From contig OX597828.1 of the NCBI GenBank assembly GCA_951406725.2, forward strand, positions 74,462,001 through 74,526,000: a DNA stretch of 64,000 nucleotides, in the 5' to 3' direction. Source of the stretch: Octopus vulgaris (lineage: Eukaryota). Below, piece after piece: positions 24,066 to 37,619 of the stretch. Numbering within the stretch: position 1 is the stretch's first letter; every line of letters starts with the position of its first letter. A program made the translations under genes and the position numbers. Under the pieces are notes generated by a model that worked only from the letters and a program-made list of their open reading frames with translations, made no database searches and was not told the DNA's origin.

Positions 24066-26690
24066 TACTTTCTATTTGTTGGGTATGTGTGTTATCTATG
24101 GAGTTACCAAACTTGACGCTGTGGTTCACCGGTCTGTCGAAAATTGTATCCCTCTATCTCTGGAATATGTGAATATGCCCTCCACTGGTCACTAAATATT
24201 GTGGTTCCTGGGAGAAATCGACTGGTGTATGCACTCCTCCCTTATATTTCAATCTGCCATAAAGAAAAACATGTTAAATTAACAGAAATGAGGCGAAAAA
24301 TGACTTTTCATTACAAAAATTTTCCCCCTGCACTTCTGTTGAGAAACCCTGCCCTTGGGGTTTTCTTATATGAATTACAATCTCCTGCACCACATACACT
24401 CTCAGATATGAGTGAACCATGGACCTTGCAGCTTCGTTTATTGCCCGTTTAACACTGGCCCAAGTACTTTCTATTTGTTGGGTATGTGTGTTATCTATGG
24501 AGTTACCAAACTTGACGCTTGACGCTGTGGTTCACCGGTCTGTCGAAAATTGTATCCCTCTATCTCTGGAATATGTGAATATGCCCTCCACAGGTCACTA
24601 AATATTGTGGTTCCTGGGAGATATCGACTGGTGTATGCACTCCTCCCTTATATTTCAATCTGCCATAAAGAAAAACATGTTAAATTAACAGAAATGAGGC
24701 GAAAAATGACTTTTCATTACAAAAATTTTCCCCCTGCACTTCTGTTGAGAAGCCCTGCCCTAGGGTTTTCTTATACGAATTACAATCTCCTGCACCACAT
24801 ACACTCTGATATGAGTGAACCATGGACCTTGCAGCTTCATTTATTGCCCGTTTAACACTGGCCCAAGTACTTTCTATTTGTTGGGTATGTGTGTTATCTA
24901 TGGAGTTACCAAACTTGACGCTGTGGTTCACCGGTCTGTCGAAAATTGTATCCCTCTATCTCTGGAATATGTGAATATGCCCTCCACTGGTCACTAAATA
25001 TTGTGGTTCCTGGGAGATATCGACTGGTGTATGCACTCCTCCCTTATATTTCAATCTGCCATAAAGAAAAACATGTTAAATTAACAGAAATGAGGCGAAA
25101 AATGACTTTTCATTACAAAAATTTTCCCCCTGCACTTCTGTTGAGAAGCCCTGCCCTAGGGTTTTCTTATACGAATTACAATCTCCTGCACCACATACAC
25201 TCTGATATGAGTGAACCATGGACCTTGCAGCTTCGTTTATTGCCCGTTTAACACTGGCCCAAGTACTTTCTATTTGTTGGGTATGTGTGTTATCTATGGA
25301 GTTACCAAACTTGACGCTGTGGTTCACCGGTCTGTCGAAAATTGTATCCCTCTATCTCTGGAATATGTGAATATGCCCTCCACTGGTCACTAAATATTGT
25401 GGTTCCTGGGAGATATCGACTGGTGTATGCACTCCTCCCTTATATTTCAATCTGCCATAAAGAAAAACATGTTAAATTAACAGAAATGAGGCGAAAAATG
25501 ACTTTTCATTACAAAAATTTTCCCCCGCCCTGCCCTAGGGTTTTCTTATACGAATTACAATCTCCTGCACCACATACACCCTGATATGAGTGAACCATGG
25601 ACCTTGCAGCTTCGTTTATTGCCCGTTTAACACTGGCCCAAGTACTTTCTATTTGTTGGGTATGTGTGTTATCTATGGAGTTACCAAACTTGACGCTGTG
25701 GTTCACCGGTCTGGAAAATTGTATCCCTCTATCTCTGGAATGAATATGCCCTCCACAGGTCACTAAATATTGTGGTTCCTGGGAGATATCGACTGGTGTA
25801 TGCACTCCTCCCTTATATTTCAATCTGCTATAAAGAAAAACATGTTAAATTAACAGAAATGAGGAGAAAAATGACTTTTCATTACAAAAATTTTCCCCCT
25901 GCACTTCTGTTGAGAAGCCCTGCCCTAGGGTTTTCTTATACGAATTACAATCTCCTGCACCACATACACTCTGATATGAGTGAACCATGGACCTTGCAGC
26001 TTCGTTTATTGCCTGTTTAACACTGGCCCAAGTACTTTCTATTTGTTGGGTATGTGTGTTATCTATGGAGTTACCAAACTTGACGCTGTGGTTCACCGGT
26101 CTGTCGAAAATTGTATCCCTCTATCTCTGGAATATGTGAATATGCCCTCCACTGGTCACTAAATATTGTGGTTCCTGGGAGATATCGACTGGTGTATGCA
26201 CTCCTCCCTTATATTTCAATCTGCCATAAAGAAAAGCATGTTAAATTAACAGAAATGAGGCGAAAAATGACTTTTCATTACAAAAATTTTCCCCCTGCAC
26301 TTCTGTTGAGAAGCCCTGCCCTAGGGTTTTCTTATACGAATTACAATCTCCTGCACCACATACACTCTGATATGAGTGAACCATGGACCTTGCAGCTTCG
26401 TTTATTGCCCGTTTAACACTGGCCCAAGTACTTTCTATTTGTTGGGTATGTGTGTTATCTATGGAGTTACCAAACTTGACGCTGTGGTTCACCGGTCTGG
26501 AATATGTGAATATGCCCTCCACAGGTCACTAAATATTGTGGTTCCTGGGAGATATCGACTGGTGTATGCACTCCTCCCTTATGTTTCAATCTGCCATAAA
26601 GAAAAAACATGTTAAATTAACAGAAATGAGGTGAAAAATGACTTTTCATTACAAAAATTTTCCCCCTGCACTTCTGTTGAGAAACCCTGC
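24066..26690 (-). repeat. Merlin-derived ~396-bp tandem array (about 6.6 units)
   Basis: Anchors at ~24066, 24462, 24865, 25261, 25640, 26030 and 26426. Units are nearly identical, with small indels. Confidence 0.9.
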
Positions 26691-27675
26691 CGCTCTATCT
26701 AGAATGGTCCATGACACGTTGAAAAGTCGGACTTCTTTTTCTCTTAGTTCCCAGACATATTTCGCCAGGTTGGTCTTCGTCTTATTTTCTGGGTATAGAA
26801 AGGAATTTTTGTGCAAATAAAATCGAGTTTTAAAAGAATTTTTAGTAGCCCCTGTATAAATCTTATATTCAGGTAAGCCTTCTATTTGCACCTTGGCTCT
26901 ATTTACAATTCCTTTTTCCAAACATTTCCCTTCCAATGGACCGGAGGATCCATCTTTGCAATTACATTTTTTAAGAGGATCGGCACTATGCTTATTATCA
27001 TTTAATTTCCTGTTGTGCTGGTTAACGTAAGAGGCAAAGTTCCTGCAACAAGAATAGCTGATCTTAAGGGTTCTTCTATGAAATTTATGATCCTTTTGAA
27101 AATGCCTAGGGACTAATTTCAAGAATTCCCTACCTATGTTTGTTTTTACGGCCAAATTGAAAGCTGGGTTGAACCACAAAACTTTCCTGGTCCTAGTTCT
27201 ACGTGTAGCATTACTATTAGCATTAAGTTGGTTATACTGGATCTTCTCAGAGAATCCACTATTCCTAAGAAGGTGCAGCTTTATGGAATGCTGCCTCATC
27301 AGAAGAAATTGACGATATTCGTCTATTACATTGCTAACTAAGTTCCTAAGAATAACTGGCGGTTGATTTGATTCTTTGCTAATATACGATAGCTTGTCAT
27401 TAGGCTTACAGTAAGGTTTAAATTTATCCGACCTTGAATTCAAATCTACATCTAAAAAATCTACACTTTTCAGGTTAGTATCTAACGTAACCCATAAGCC
27501 CATCCTTTGGAAGAAAGCAATAAGGTCCTTCCTATCTGATTCATGGCCGTTTAAATTATGGGTGGCTATAAGGCCGTCATCATGTAGAATATAGGCTCCT
27601 ATGAGCATACATATCTCAGCCCCATCGTATGCCCCCATCGGTACATCGAAAAGAGAATCTTCACTCTTGCACAAG
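26690..27675 (-). mobile_element. Penelope-like element (Naiad-type) 4: RT C-terminus to GIY-YIG
   Basis: FDVPMGAYDGAEIC, PYCKPND, RKVLWFNPAFN..KTNIGREFL, LKISYSC, CNC..PLEGKC, YTGATKNSFKTRF. Confidence 0.9.
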
Positions 27676-27685
27676 TGGAATTATA

Positions 27686-28146
27686 TATGAAAGAAGGTTT
27701 GAAAATGCAATTTTAAAAGATGTTCATTCACTTGACCGGTTTCACCTTTCTTTAGAAAAGGATTGTCAAAAGTAACATGTAAAAGCTTTGTTGTGTTAGG
27801 TACTGGTTGTCACAAAAGTATTAAAATACATATATACATTCTTTGATAAGAATATGTTAAGAACAGATTACAGAAAAAAATATTAAGTTCATAAAGAATA
27901 TTGGGATTTCATTAGAGATCATGTTTGTTTGGAAGTATCTATATATATATATATATATACACAGAAAATTATAAGTTCAAAAAGGTCATATTTTGATAGT
28001 ATATATATGTACAATGAAGGAGATATATTTAGTTTACAAAGAATTTGGGATGAACTGACCTGTTTCACCATTTTATCATAAAAAAAAATGAAACCGGTCA
28101 AGTGAATAAACATCTTTTAAAATTGCATTTTCAATCCTTCTTTCAT
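27686..28146. mobile_element. MITE-like element with ~60-bp imperfect terminal inverted repeats
   Basis: ATGAAAGAAGG..TGAAAATGCAATTTTAAAAGATGTT.ATTCACTTGACCGGTTTCA at ~27686-27744, with its reverse complement at ~28089-28146. Confidence 0.65.
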
Positions 28147-28171
28147 TATATATATACAGGTAATATATATA

Positions 28172-29156
28172 CAGGTAATAGTCCAACATTATTTCTCTAA
28201 TCTCAAGGTTTAGTTTCCTAAGTGTGTTAAAAGGTACAATTTTATATTTTTTTGTAATTTCTTTGTGTATGTAAAGATGTCAATATTGTAAATGTTACTG
28301 GTTTTATCAGAATGGGTTAGAATGCCATTCTTACCCTTAAGAGTTCTTATTATACCTCAATGGGTGATTTTTAAATTTGATGTTTTTGATAGTCTCCCAT
28401 AATTCCTGTTCAAAGTTATTGAGATGTTTATTTGGTGGAGGAGATTTCCTAGATTTAAATGTGGTGTCGGTTATTTCTTCATATACACACACACACTCAC
28501 TGCAGCCTACCAGGTCAAAAGTCATTGATCACCTTCTTCATCTTCTTTCAGTGCACTGAAACCATCAAAGTCCTCTTCTTCAGTGTTTGAATCTCGTCAC
28601 TCACTTCAGCCTCTTCGTTGTCGCTCTCACTCAGGGTGCAGAGCCACTTTAAATGCCCGGTCCACGCTGATGTCCAGTGGCTCCGAATACTTAGTGGTGC
28701 CCCCAGGAATCACAGCTGGAATTGAGTTTGTACTCTTGATGGCAGCTTTCACTGAATCTGTTATATGGGCCCTCATGCTGTCCATAACGAGCAATGCTTG
28801 TTTTTGTGTGAAAAATCCCCCCAGGTCGCTTGGCGTGGCACTCTCTGAGCCAATTGTTATTAGGCTCTCCATCATCCAACCTTTCTTATTGACTTTCACC
28901 ACGATTTCTTTTGGGAATTTTTCCTTTGGCATTGTCAGCCGCTTAAAGGTCCCCATCGGTGGAATCTTTAGTCCGGATGCTGTGCAGCTCAGAACACAGG
29001 TAAAATGCGTTCTCTCATGGCCACTTGTTTTCAGTGTGAGGGACGAGTGACCTTTTTATTAACTGTCCAAGTGAGAGGCAGGTCAAATGTCAAAGGTACT
29101 TCATCCATATTTATATTCTCCGCTATCTTTGAGTGAATGTGCGAAAGTTAACAAGT
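28172..29156 (-). repeat. Segmental duplicate of 14144-15124 (PLE fragment + pogo fragment)
   Basis: Near-identical ~980 bp, including the same PLE-(CA)n-pogo junction. Confidence 0.9.
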
Positions 29157-29254
29157 TTTCCCTCGTTGTCGGGAGGGAGGTAATGTCGTGTGTGCCCTGA
29201 CGGCCGGGTTTTTTCTTCTTGTAAATCTAAGACACCAACATGGCCCACCTCAAA

Positions 29255-29450
29255 AGAACTTTCCACAGGGGTAAACGGCTTCGCTCCAAAAAGGTGTTCT
29301 TAAAGATAGACACTGAAAACCCGCATTCTGTTTTCCTTTGTCTCCGACGCCGAACCATCTTCCTACATCAAAACATATTAGTTCCATTTCAAAGAATGCA
29401 AGGGGAATTACATGTTGGGCAATTCACAAATGCAGGAACAACTCCATGTT
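29255..29450 (-). mobile_element. Merlin fragment related to 9075-9270
   Basis: Shares GTAAACGGCTTCGCTCCAAAAAGGTGTTCTT...CATGTTGGGCAATTCACAAATGCAGGAACAACTCCATGTT. Confidence 0.75.
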
Positions 29451-29451
29451 G

Positions 29452-30035
29452 GCGGAAACAACTAAGAATGTTCGTTGGAGTTGCAGTCAATGGTCATGCA
29501 GTTTTTGACAATACACGGAATGTCATAAATGGTCATGGTCTGGCCAGGATGGTTGATATGCCCGTCATCAATGGCAGCGTTTGTGTACTTTTCAGTGGTC
29601 CATAGACCGCTTTGTCCAACGGCTGTAACCTGTGTGTGCAGTGAGGTGGGAAAGAAGGCATGGTGCTGCCATTGTCTGGTGCATAAGTCAGCCCCTCGAT
29701 ACTAAGCTGGGAATCGTGACTGCTTCGAACATTTCCCATTCTTCACAAAGTGTTGAAGGAATTTCACAAACTGCTCCACACATCCAACCAGATGGATTAG
29801 CACCTCCATCGCTGCCTCATGGACCATTGTTCAGGAAATGTGGCCCTAAGTTCTTCCGGAGAAAAACAAAAAACGGTGGTATGCTGTCTCCACCAGCATT
29901 TACACAGCATGCCCATGTGACCAGAGTTCCCCTCTCCGCACTTGTCATTTTTCCCACTTGCTTTGTTCCTTTTCTGGCAATAATTCTATCGGGGCACTGC
30001 ACAGTTGTTATGCCAGTTTCATCCATGTAGATATT
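29452..30035 (-). mobile_element. Second pogo-like (CENP-B/DDE_1) transposase fragment
   Basis: IYMDETGITTVQ..IIARKGTKQVGKMTSAERGTLVT..CVNAGG..PPFFVF and FPPHCTHRLQPLDKAVYGPLK. Confidence 0.85.
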
Positions 30036-30039
30036 GAAG

Positions 30040-30180
30040 GGACTGGGTCTCAAAATCTTGGTCGTGCTGCTCAAGCATCAGAGGCGGAGGAACTGGAAGT
30101 AGGGGATGGCCCATTACGTGTGGAAGGGATGGGGGAGGAGAAGTTGAGGTAGACGTGAGAATCTGTGGGTTTGAAGAAAT
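30040..30180 (-). mobile_element. Short PLE RT-thumb fragment (non-Naiad type)
   Basis: FKPTDSHVYLNFSS motif. Confidence 0.5.
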
Positions 30181-30904
30181 ATGTATATATATGGCGCCGA
30201 ACTAACAAGTCGTGTGTTATTGTGTCTCTCCAAAAGTTTAAAAAGACCTTCAAGAGATCGATGTTATCAGAAGTGAAATTTGTCTGTAAAGCAAATATAA
30301 GTGAAAGTACGACACGACACTGTATTTGAGAAGAATATTTTCGCTTTTGATATAGTATTTGCGACTAGAACACACCTTGCGTACATACCTCGCGAGCACG
30401 TGTGTTACTTCCTGAAGTCGATGTGAATTTTGTCTGTGAAGCAACGACAAGACACTGTATTTTTGAGAAGGATATTTTTTGCTTTTGGTGTCGTGTATCT
30501 GCGTGTTTTGAAAACATCTGAAAATTTGCTGCCTGATACCAAATTGCTTAAGAAAATATTGAAAATTTTTGCATCTACGAACATCGGAACTCTATTCTTT
30601 TCTTTTGTTTACAAAATACAAGTAAGGGATACAGGAATATCGAAGGTCTGTCTTTTTATCTTTCTTTCTTCTAAAATGGAGTGACGGTAAGTGTTCTCTT
30701 AGTCGGAAGGTAAGAAGAATATATATTATTAGTGTTCTCTCAACCAGAAGATTAAAAAAATGAAAAAAAAAAAAAAATTATTTACTATTATTAATAATTG
30801 ACAATCTTACATTTCTAAGATCGCCTAATAATACATAGATATAAAAAAATACGCGCTATTTTATCTTTAACGCGTTTGTTTATAGATTCGTCCGTGACAC
30901 AGCC

Positions 30905-31720
30905 TGTCCTCATCTCTCAATCCTATCTATCTGCCATACTCTCTCTATCTCTTTCTTACAATTCTCTACCTTATCTGTCTCTCCATCCACCAGACCCTCT
31001 ATTTCCGCTCTCTCCCCCTCTCTCTCTCTACCATCGTTTCTCTTTCTGCATCTCTCTCTCAGATCAACTTTCTCACATCTCACCCCCCCTCCCAGTTCCT
31101 CTACTTCACTCATTCTCTCTTGTATCTATATCCCACTCTCTCTCTGTTACTCTCCCTCCCTCCCTCTCTCTGCCTCTCTTCTCTCCGCTCCCTCACAGGT
31201 CAAATCCCTTTCCCTCTTCTCCTGTCCCCTTATTTCTTTCTCTACACCACCCTCCCTGTCCCTTTACTACACTCTCTTGCACCTCTGTCATGCCCCCTTT
31301 TTCCCCTCTCCCCTTTTTCTTCCTACCTTTCCTCTCCCTGCTCCCTCTAAGGCTCACCCCCTTGTCTCTTTTTCTTCTCTCTCTCCTTCCTCCACACGAC
31401 CCTCTCTGTCCCTTTACTTCACTCTCTGGTACCTCTATCCCGCCCTCTCTCTCCCTCTCCATTTTATCTCTCCGTCTTTCTTCTCCCTGCTCCCCCTAAG
31501 GTCCATCCTCTTGTCTCTCTTTTCCTCCCTGTCCCTTTACTTTCTCTCTACTACACCTCTATCCCGCTCAATCTCCCCCTGCTGACCTGCCATTCTTTCT
31601 GTCTTCTCTCAGGACAATCCCCTCGTCTCTCTCTCTTTCCCCCCCCCCCCCGGGCTTTTCTCCTTTCTCCTCTCCTCTCAGTCAACCACCTTATCTTTCC
31701 CTATATTTCACTCTCACTGT
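30905..31720. repeat. CT-rich low-complexity region
   Basis: Polypyrimidine tract with internal diverged duplications. Confidence 0.8.
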
Positions 31721-31724
31721 ATCT

Positions 31725-32733
31725 CAGGCGAAAATGTCAAGAAACTGGTCTGCGAGGGAGTTGCAATTGTTCGTCCGCGCTTGGAAGATTGCCGAGGGTA
31801 ACTCGCCGAACAATATCATTGCAGCGGCGCTGAAGAACAATGATTTTTCAAGGACCACCGCCTAGATAGAGTGAAAGAAACGAGAATTTCTCCATTCATA
31901 CGCTCTAATCAGGCAACATGTAGACACTCTGGACATCATCTTAGGAGGTGACGGCACCAGGGAAGGCCAAAAGGATGAAGAAAACATCCAGGACCCAACA
32001 AAAGACAAAACCGAGAAACCTAGAACACAGGGAAACAATGACACATGTCCAGCTCCCAACACCACAACTGAAGACCAAAGAGGTGCGATGGCCGCAAGAA
32101 AAGAAAAGCACCCTAAAATTGATGGGAAACAGGAGGTAAAAGGCAAGAAAATCAAAGCTAAAACAAACCCTGTCCAGAGAAAACAAAAGGACCCCAGCAA
32201 GAAGTATAAGGGCAAATTCAACCTGAAGGGGGACTGCTGGTTGTCGCTTTGCACATCAGAAGCCCTACCAAAACCGCACGGACACAAGACAAAAATCCCT
32301 CCCTTGGGGAGAACAAAAAGGAAAATATAAAAGAAGGAAAAATAGTGCACTGACCACTGAAAGACGATATGCGGATGTGGTGCGTGGTAACCCAACAAAT
32401 GGCCAGCTTCACCCAGATGTGAGAATGGCAGCAGCTGAACAGCAATCTTTTTTGTGCATGGCACAAAAAATTGTTCAGCAGCTGACCTGACTACAAGCAC
32501 AAAGCCACCACCAACAGATGCAGGATGGCCACCACAGACACCAACACCACAAAAATATTTCTACTGAACATAGGAGGGCTGCTGCGTGGCAACTGTAAAA
32601 GGAAAATCTCATTCCTGAGAGACATTGTGACATGCAATCAAGCTATATGCATGGCACTCACAGAAACGCATCTTGGACCCGAAATAGGGGATGCAGAAAT
32701 ACACATGCCGCAATATGCAGTCATACGCCCAGA
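31725..32733 (+). mobile_element. LINE ORF1 remnant and APE endonuclease start (sense orientation)
   Basis: IFLLNIGGL..KISFLRD..MALTETHLGPEIGDAEIHMPQYAVIRPD, truncated at the Tx1 3' end. Confidence 0.75.
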
Positions 32734-32734
32734 T

Positions 32735-35700
32735 AACTTTTTATTGTGGCCACACAGGGCTAAACACAATAAAAATGGACGAAATACAATGTAGAATTTT
32801 TTTCTTTTTGAGATGGGATGGGTGGGATTACAAAGGAAAAAAAAACGTTCGATCAATAGGGATCTATGGATTGTGTGGTGTATAAAAAATATTATATATA
32901 TATATATATATATTTAAAGTTTACAGTTTAGGTGTAGCCCTGGAAAGAAAAACCTACAAAAAAGACCAAGGTCACCTCAGACAGTTCGAAAATGAACACA
33001 TGAGCAAGTCGCCTTACCCCTTGTTGTCTCTTTTGGTCACAGATTTACGCTTAAAATAGTGTCGTCTTTCATACTGACCGTTTTTGCCACTTTTACCCAC
33101 TTTTTATTAAAACATTCGTTCGACAAAGCCTTCCTCTCTATTCTCATCCTTTTCAAGTGGTACTTGAAAAAGTTGACGAGAGACTGACCAGAGAGGAAGG
33201 TGTTTGTTTGCAGTCCTTTCAAATGCGTCCACCACACACATTCTTTCACCATAGCCATCAGCGTAACGAAAACCATTTTCCCTTCCCGTTTAAAGGAAGG
33301 TGGTGGAACAATATTCATGATAGACTCGGCCGATAAGCAGGCCCGTCCTACACGCGACAACAGCTGTTCGACGAAGGTCCACAGCTCTGAAATATCTGGA
33401 CACTGCACGAGTGCATGCAGAACGGTTTCGTCGCTCTGACTGCATCTCGGACAGGTCGGTCTGGTGATGGTTTTCGAACCGTGCCTGTAGCTCTTCTCTC
33501 GAACAGGTAGTGTGTCTCGATAGCATTGCCAAGCCAGGGATTTCTGGAAGTTATCCATAGGCCCCGGCCCGAACGTCGTCCTGAACAGGCGGGTTAAGAA
33601 TTTCTCATCGACGCCCAGGTTTGCCCCGAGTGTGTCGTCGGGCCTCCCCTCCACCAGTCCTCTATAGAACGCTTTAGTCGTTTGTGAGTTGCACAAGTTT
33701 GACCCCGGTCGGCAGAGCTGCTGTAGAGCTTGGCGACACTCTCGGTGCCAATCACCCAGTTTCGGTCTCTTCCTGATCCACGTTTGCAGTTCGGTCAGTG
33801 AGACTAGCTGCGGGAAGGCACGCCTCACAAACGGCGCCCACTCCTGTTCACCATCATCTATGAAGTTCCAGAGATGTCGCAGTCTCTGCGCATCATCAAC
33901 CACTGCATGCCTAGTCCTCCATTCAACGGATGTTGACAGCAAATGGACCTCCTCATCATTGGAACGCCACCCTTCCACAGGAAGCGGAAGACTATGCGTT
34001 CCAGTTTGGTGATGGTGGATCGGGACAAGGCATGACGGTCAGGCGGTATGCGATGTAAGCGTTCGCCATTTCTGCCGGACCTTTTAGCGACAGCTTTCTC
34101 TCGGCCCATGTTTGGCTGAGAGCGACCACTCTACTCATGATCTCGTCCCAGTTCTTACCCATTTGGAGATCCGGACTGAACCAGATCCCGAGCAATTTAA
34201 CCCGTCCGTCCGTCCAGCGTCCCACTACTGAGCAGCAGTCGGACGGCATGGGCTTACTTCTCCAGGTGCCGAGTAGCAAACCCACTGACTTTTCCGGGTT
34301 AATCTTCGTCACCGTTTCGTATTTTCTTAGTGTCTCGCCTATCATCTGGATGTGTTTTTTGCTCAACACTATGACGGTGACATCCTCCGCATATGCCGAC
34401 ACGCTCGTCCCACGACCCAGTTCCTGTGGGATGCCCCTCAGTGTTGCCAGCTTCCGCAGTAGCGGCTCGAGAGTCAATACATACAGAAGCGCCGACAGGG
34501 GACACCCCTGACGGACCGAACGCGTGATGTCAAATGGTTTCGACAGGTACCCGTTCACCCGAATCACCGATCTGATGCCGCTATACAAGGCAGCGATCCA
34601 ACCGCGGAAGACGGGACCGAAGCCAGCTGCCCTGAGGACGGCCGCCAAGTACCGATGGTCGACCCTATCGAAGGCTTTAGACTGATCCAAATTGATCAGC
34701 GCCCCACCCATGCCAGGATCCTTAGCTGCCCTGTCCACAATGTAGTGCATCAGATGGAGGTTGTCATGTATGGTTCTGCCCGGCACGGCGCATGTTTGCG
34801 CCCTGTTGACCAGTTTACCAATGACAAGCGCCAACCTCTCAGCTATTACTTTGGCCAAAAATTTAAAATCTGCGTTGAGCAGTGATGAGCCTAAAATTAT
34901 TTATAAAATTCCCCTTGTTTGGGTCTTTCTTCAGCAACGTCACTGCACCTCGGCTCACAAAACCGGGGATTCTCCCGTTTTGTTGCCAGTTGCAGTAGAC
35001 TGATGCCAAGAGGTCGCCAAACAAGTCTGGCATTTGATAATACAGCTCGTAGGGTAAACCATCCAATCCAGGTGACTTATCCCTTGCGCAGCCTGCCATC
35101 GCATCCCGCACATCAGCGGCTGCGATGGGACTTTCACAACACTCCGCTTCTCTTGCCGAGAGCCGTGGCAGGTCCGTCAGGTAGGCACTGAAATCCATCC
35201 CGCGTTCCGACCCACCACTCGCACCAAACAGTTGAGCAAAGTGCTGTTGAAAGGCCTCACACATCCTTTCGGGTTCGAGTAAACTGCATCCCTGTTGATC
35301 TATTAGAGACTGAATGGTGGCTCTGTTGCCACGCTGCGCCTCCGCTACCTGGGCCTCTCGCGCAGCTTCGTTCCTTAAGGCACGCATTTTAGCTTTGACG
35401 ATGCAACCTTCGTGCTTGGTGATGAGGTGTTGGTTGAGGGCCATCCTCGCTGCCAGTGGTAAGTGCCTCTTCTAGTTTCTTAACCAGGTCTCCCTCTACT
35501 CTATTTCGATCTATCGCTAATTCCTTGCTAAACCTAATTGATTCCGATTTTATTGCCATTTTCAGGGCGAACCACCAGCGGTTGTTAATGACGGCTCACG
35601 CCAGCACCCTCTTAATTAGCTCGCTAATCCGGTTCCTGTAAATCTGTTGTGCTAAGAGCGACGTGTTCAGTTTCCAGTAACCAGGACCCTGTCTATGTGT

Positions 35701-37615
35701 CTTATCTAAGTCGAGCGTACACGTCACAAATTTGTGATCTGTGTAGCTGACTATTTTAAATTGTGGACATCCTACACTGTCCCTATCTGCTGTCCTGCAT
35801 AGAATTCTATCTAGATAAGATCTCGACGATCCAACGTGGTTTGTCCAAGTCCACGTTGGCACGTTTGGATGGTCGAGTCGGAACCTGTCAGACAAATGGA
35901 AACATCTGAGTAGGTCTTTGAGGCACTTACACCCCCTTCTATTCCTATCCATTCCCACATAATCTATATGCGTGTCCAAGGTAGCATTCCAATCCCCTAC
36001 TAACAGTAAAGGTCTAGACGTACCCAGGAAAACCTCTAGACGTCTGAAGAAATCCGCCCGACCCGTTAAGGACGGTGCATAAACTGCCATCAGACGGAAT
36101 GCACACCCATTTCTGCCATCCACGTCCAAGACAACCAGCCTAGGAATATTGTTCTTACTTTTGCATTTAGATTCTTTCGAAAAAGCATCGCGGTACCTCC
36201 ACCACCCATGTTCGGCAGACAGGGAGAAAAATAAATCTCGAATTGATCGCCAAACATGGACGCGGGGTCCCGTGGCTTGCTGGGTCTGGTTTCACTGATA
36301 GCTACTATATCCACGTTCAGTGACTTGATGTCATTTAGAAGGTAACCTTGCTTCCAAGCCGACGCCAAGCCACGCGCATTCACACAACCTAATTTAAGCA
36401 CAATTGACGTTTAAGAAATTTGTGTTTCACACACTACACTGGAAGAGACAAGAGGCAAGAGGGAAGGTCACTTACCATTTCGAAAGTTTGCTTTTTCTTC
36501 ATCTTTCTTTGAGGAGGTGTTTGAATAGTTTTTTCGTTTAAGAAATTTGTGTTTCACACACTACACTGGAAGAGACAAGAGGCAAGAGGGAAGGTCACTT
36601 ACCATTTCGAAAGTTTGCTTTTTCTTCATCTTTCTTTGAGGAGGTGTTTGAATAGTTTTTCGTTTAAGAAATTTGTGTTTCACACACTACACTGGAAGAG
36701 ACAAGAGGTAAGAGGGAAGGTCACTTACCATTTCGAAAGTTTGCTTTTTCTTCATCTTTCTTTGAGGAGGTGTTTGAATAGTTTTTTCGTTTAAGAAATT
36801 TGTGTTTCACACACTACACTGGAAGAGACAAGAGGCAAGAGGGAAGGTCGCTTACCATTTCGAAAGTTTGCTTTTTTCTTCATCTTTCTTTGAGGAGGTG
36901 TTTGAATAGTTTTTTCGTTTAAGAAATTTGTGTTTCACACACTACACTGGAAGAGACAAGAGGCAAGAGGGAAGGTCACTTACCATTTCGAAAGTTTGCT
37001 TTTTCTTCATCTTTCTTTGAGGAGGTGTTTGAATAGTTTTTTTGAGAGGTATTTTTGAAACCCCCCTACCGCATTTGGAAATATTGTTTTCAGTGTAAGG
37101 TGTTGTGTTTGTGTTGTGTACAATTCTTATGTGTTTCGGTGGAGTGGTGCGCGGATGATTATTTGTCTTAAAGTCATCTTCACAGATGTTCGTGTTGGAT
37201 GCAATGTAATCCATTAGTTTTTTATTGTCTGTGTCTATTGCTGTTAGTTGTGTGTGTGGTTTTGCGGGTTCATTGATTTTTTGATTGTCTAGGGGGATGC
37301 TGTCCGGAGTTAAATATCTCCCTGCTTTACTTCCTTGTTTGGTGGGCTTTTTTGACCTTTTCCTTTTACCCCCTGTGGCTATTTGCCATTCCCTCGAACT
37401 TTCGTCGTCCGACGTATCAGAATATGCATGCTTGTAGAAATTGTTGATGTTTTGTGCGGTGTTTGTGTTGTTATGGTGTTAGGGGTAGAATTTGTTTTTT
37501 TGGTTGTTGTTCTTTGTGCTGGTGTTGGTCTGTCTTTTGATGTTGGTGGTGATGTTTCTTTTGTTGGTTGCGATGTCGGAGGTAATTCTCTTCTTGGTGA
37601 TGTGGTTGGTAAGGG
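32735..37615 (-). mobile_element. L1/Tx1-clade LINE: near-full-length degenerate ORF2, 3' UTR and low-complexity ORF1 remnant
   Basis: EN (CVNARGL, AISET, AVYAP, LVGDWNA, SYLDRI, TDHK), RT (KSPGLDGLPYE, LDQSKAFDRVDH, SVRQGCPLS, SAYAEDV) and C-terminal CPRC..ETVLHALVQC. AATAAA near 32745. Many frameshifts. Confidence 0.9.
36408..37042. repeat. ~127-bp tandem repeat (5 copies) at the Tx1 ORF1/ORF2 boundary
   Basis: CGTTTAAGAAATTTGTGTTTCACACACTACACTGG... units start at ~36408, 36535, 36661, 36789 and 36917. Confidence 0.9.
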
Positions 37616-37619
37616 GGAA

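Noticed and set aside
4303-27675. Selenocysteine (in-frame UGA) recoding, reported for some Naiad elements
   Set aside because: The conserved Cys positions visible here are ordinary Cys codons. The interruptions I checked are frameshifts or a TAA.
30876-32500. Hydrophobic 207-aa and 212-aa ORFs as membrane proteins
   Set aside because: They are a low-complexity CT tract and the antisense of an A-rich LINE ORF1 remnant.
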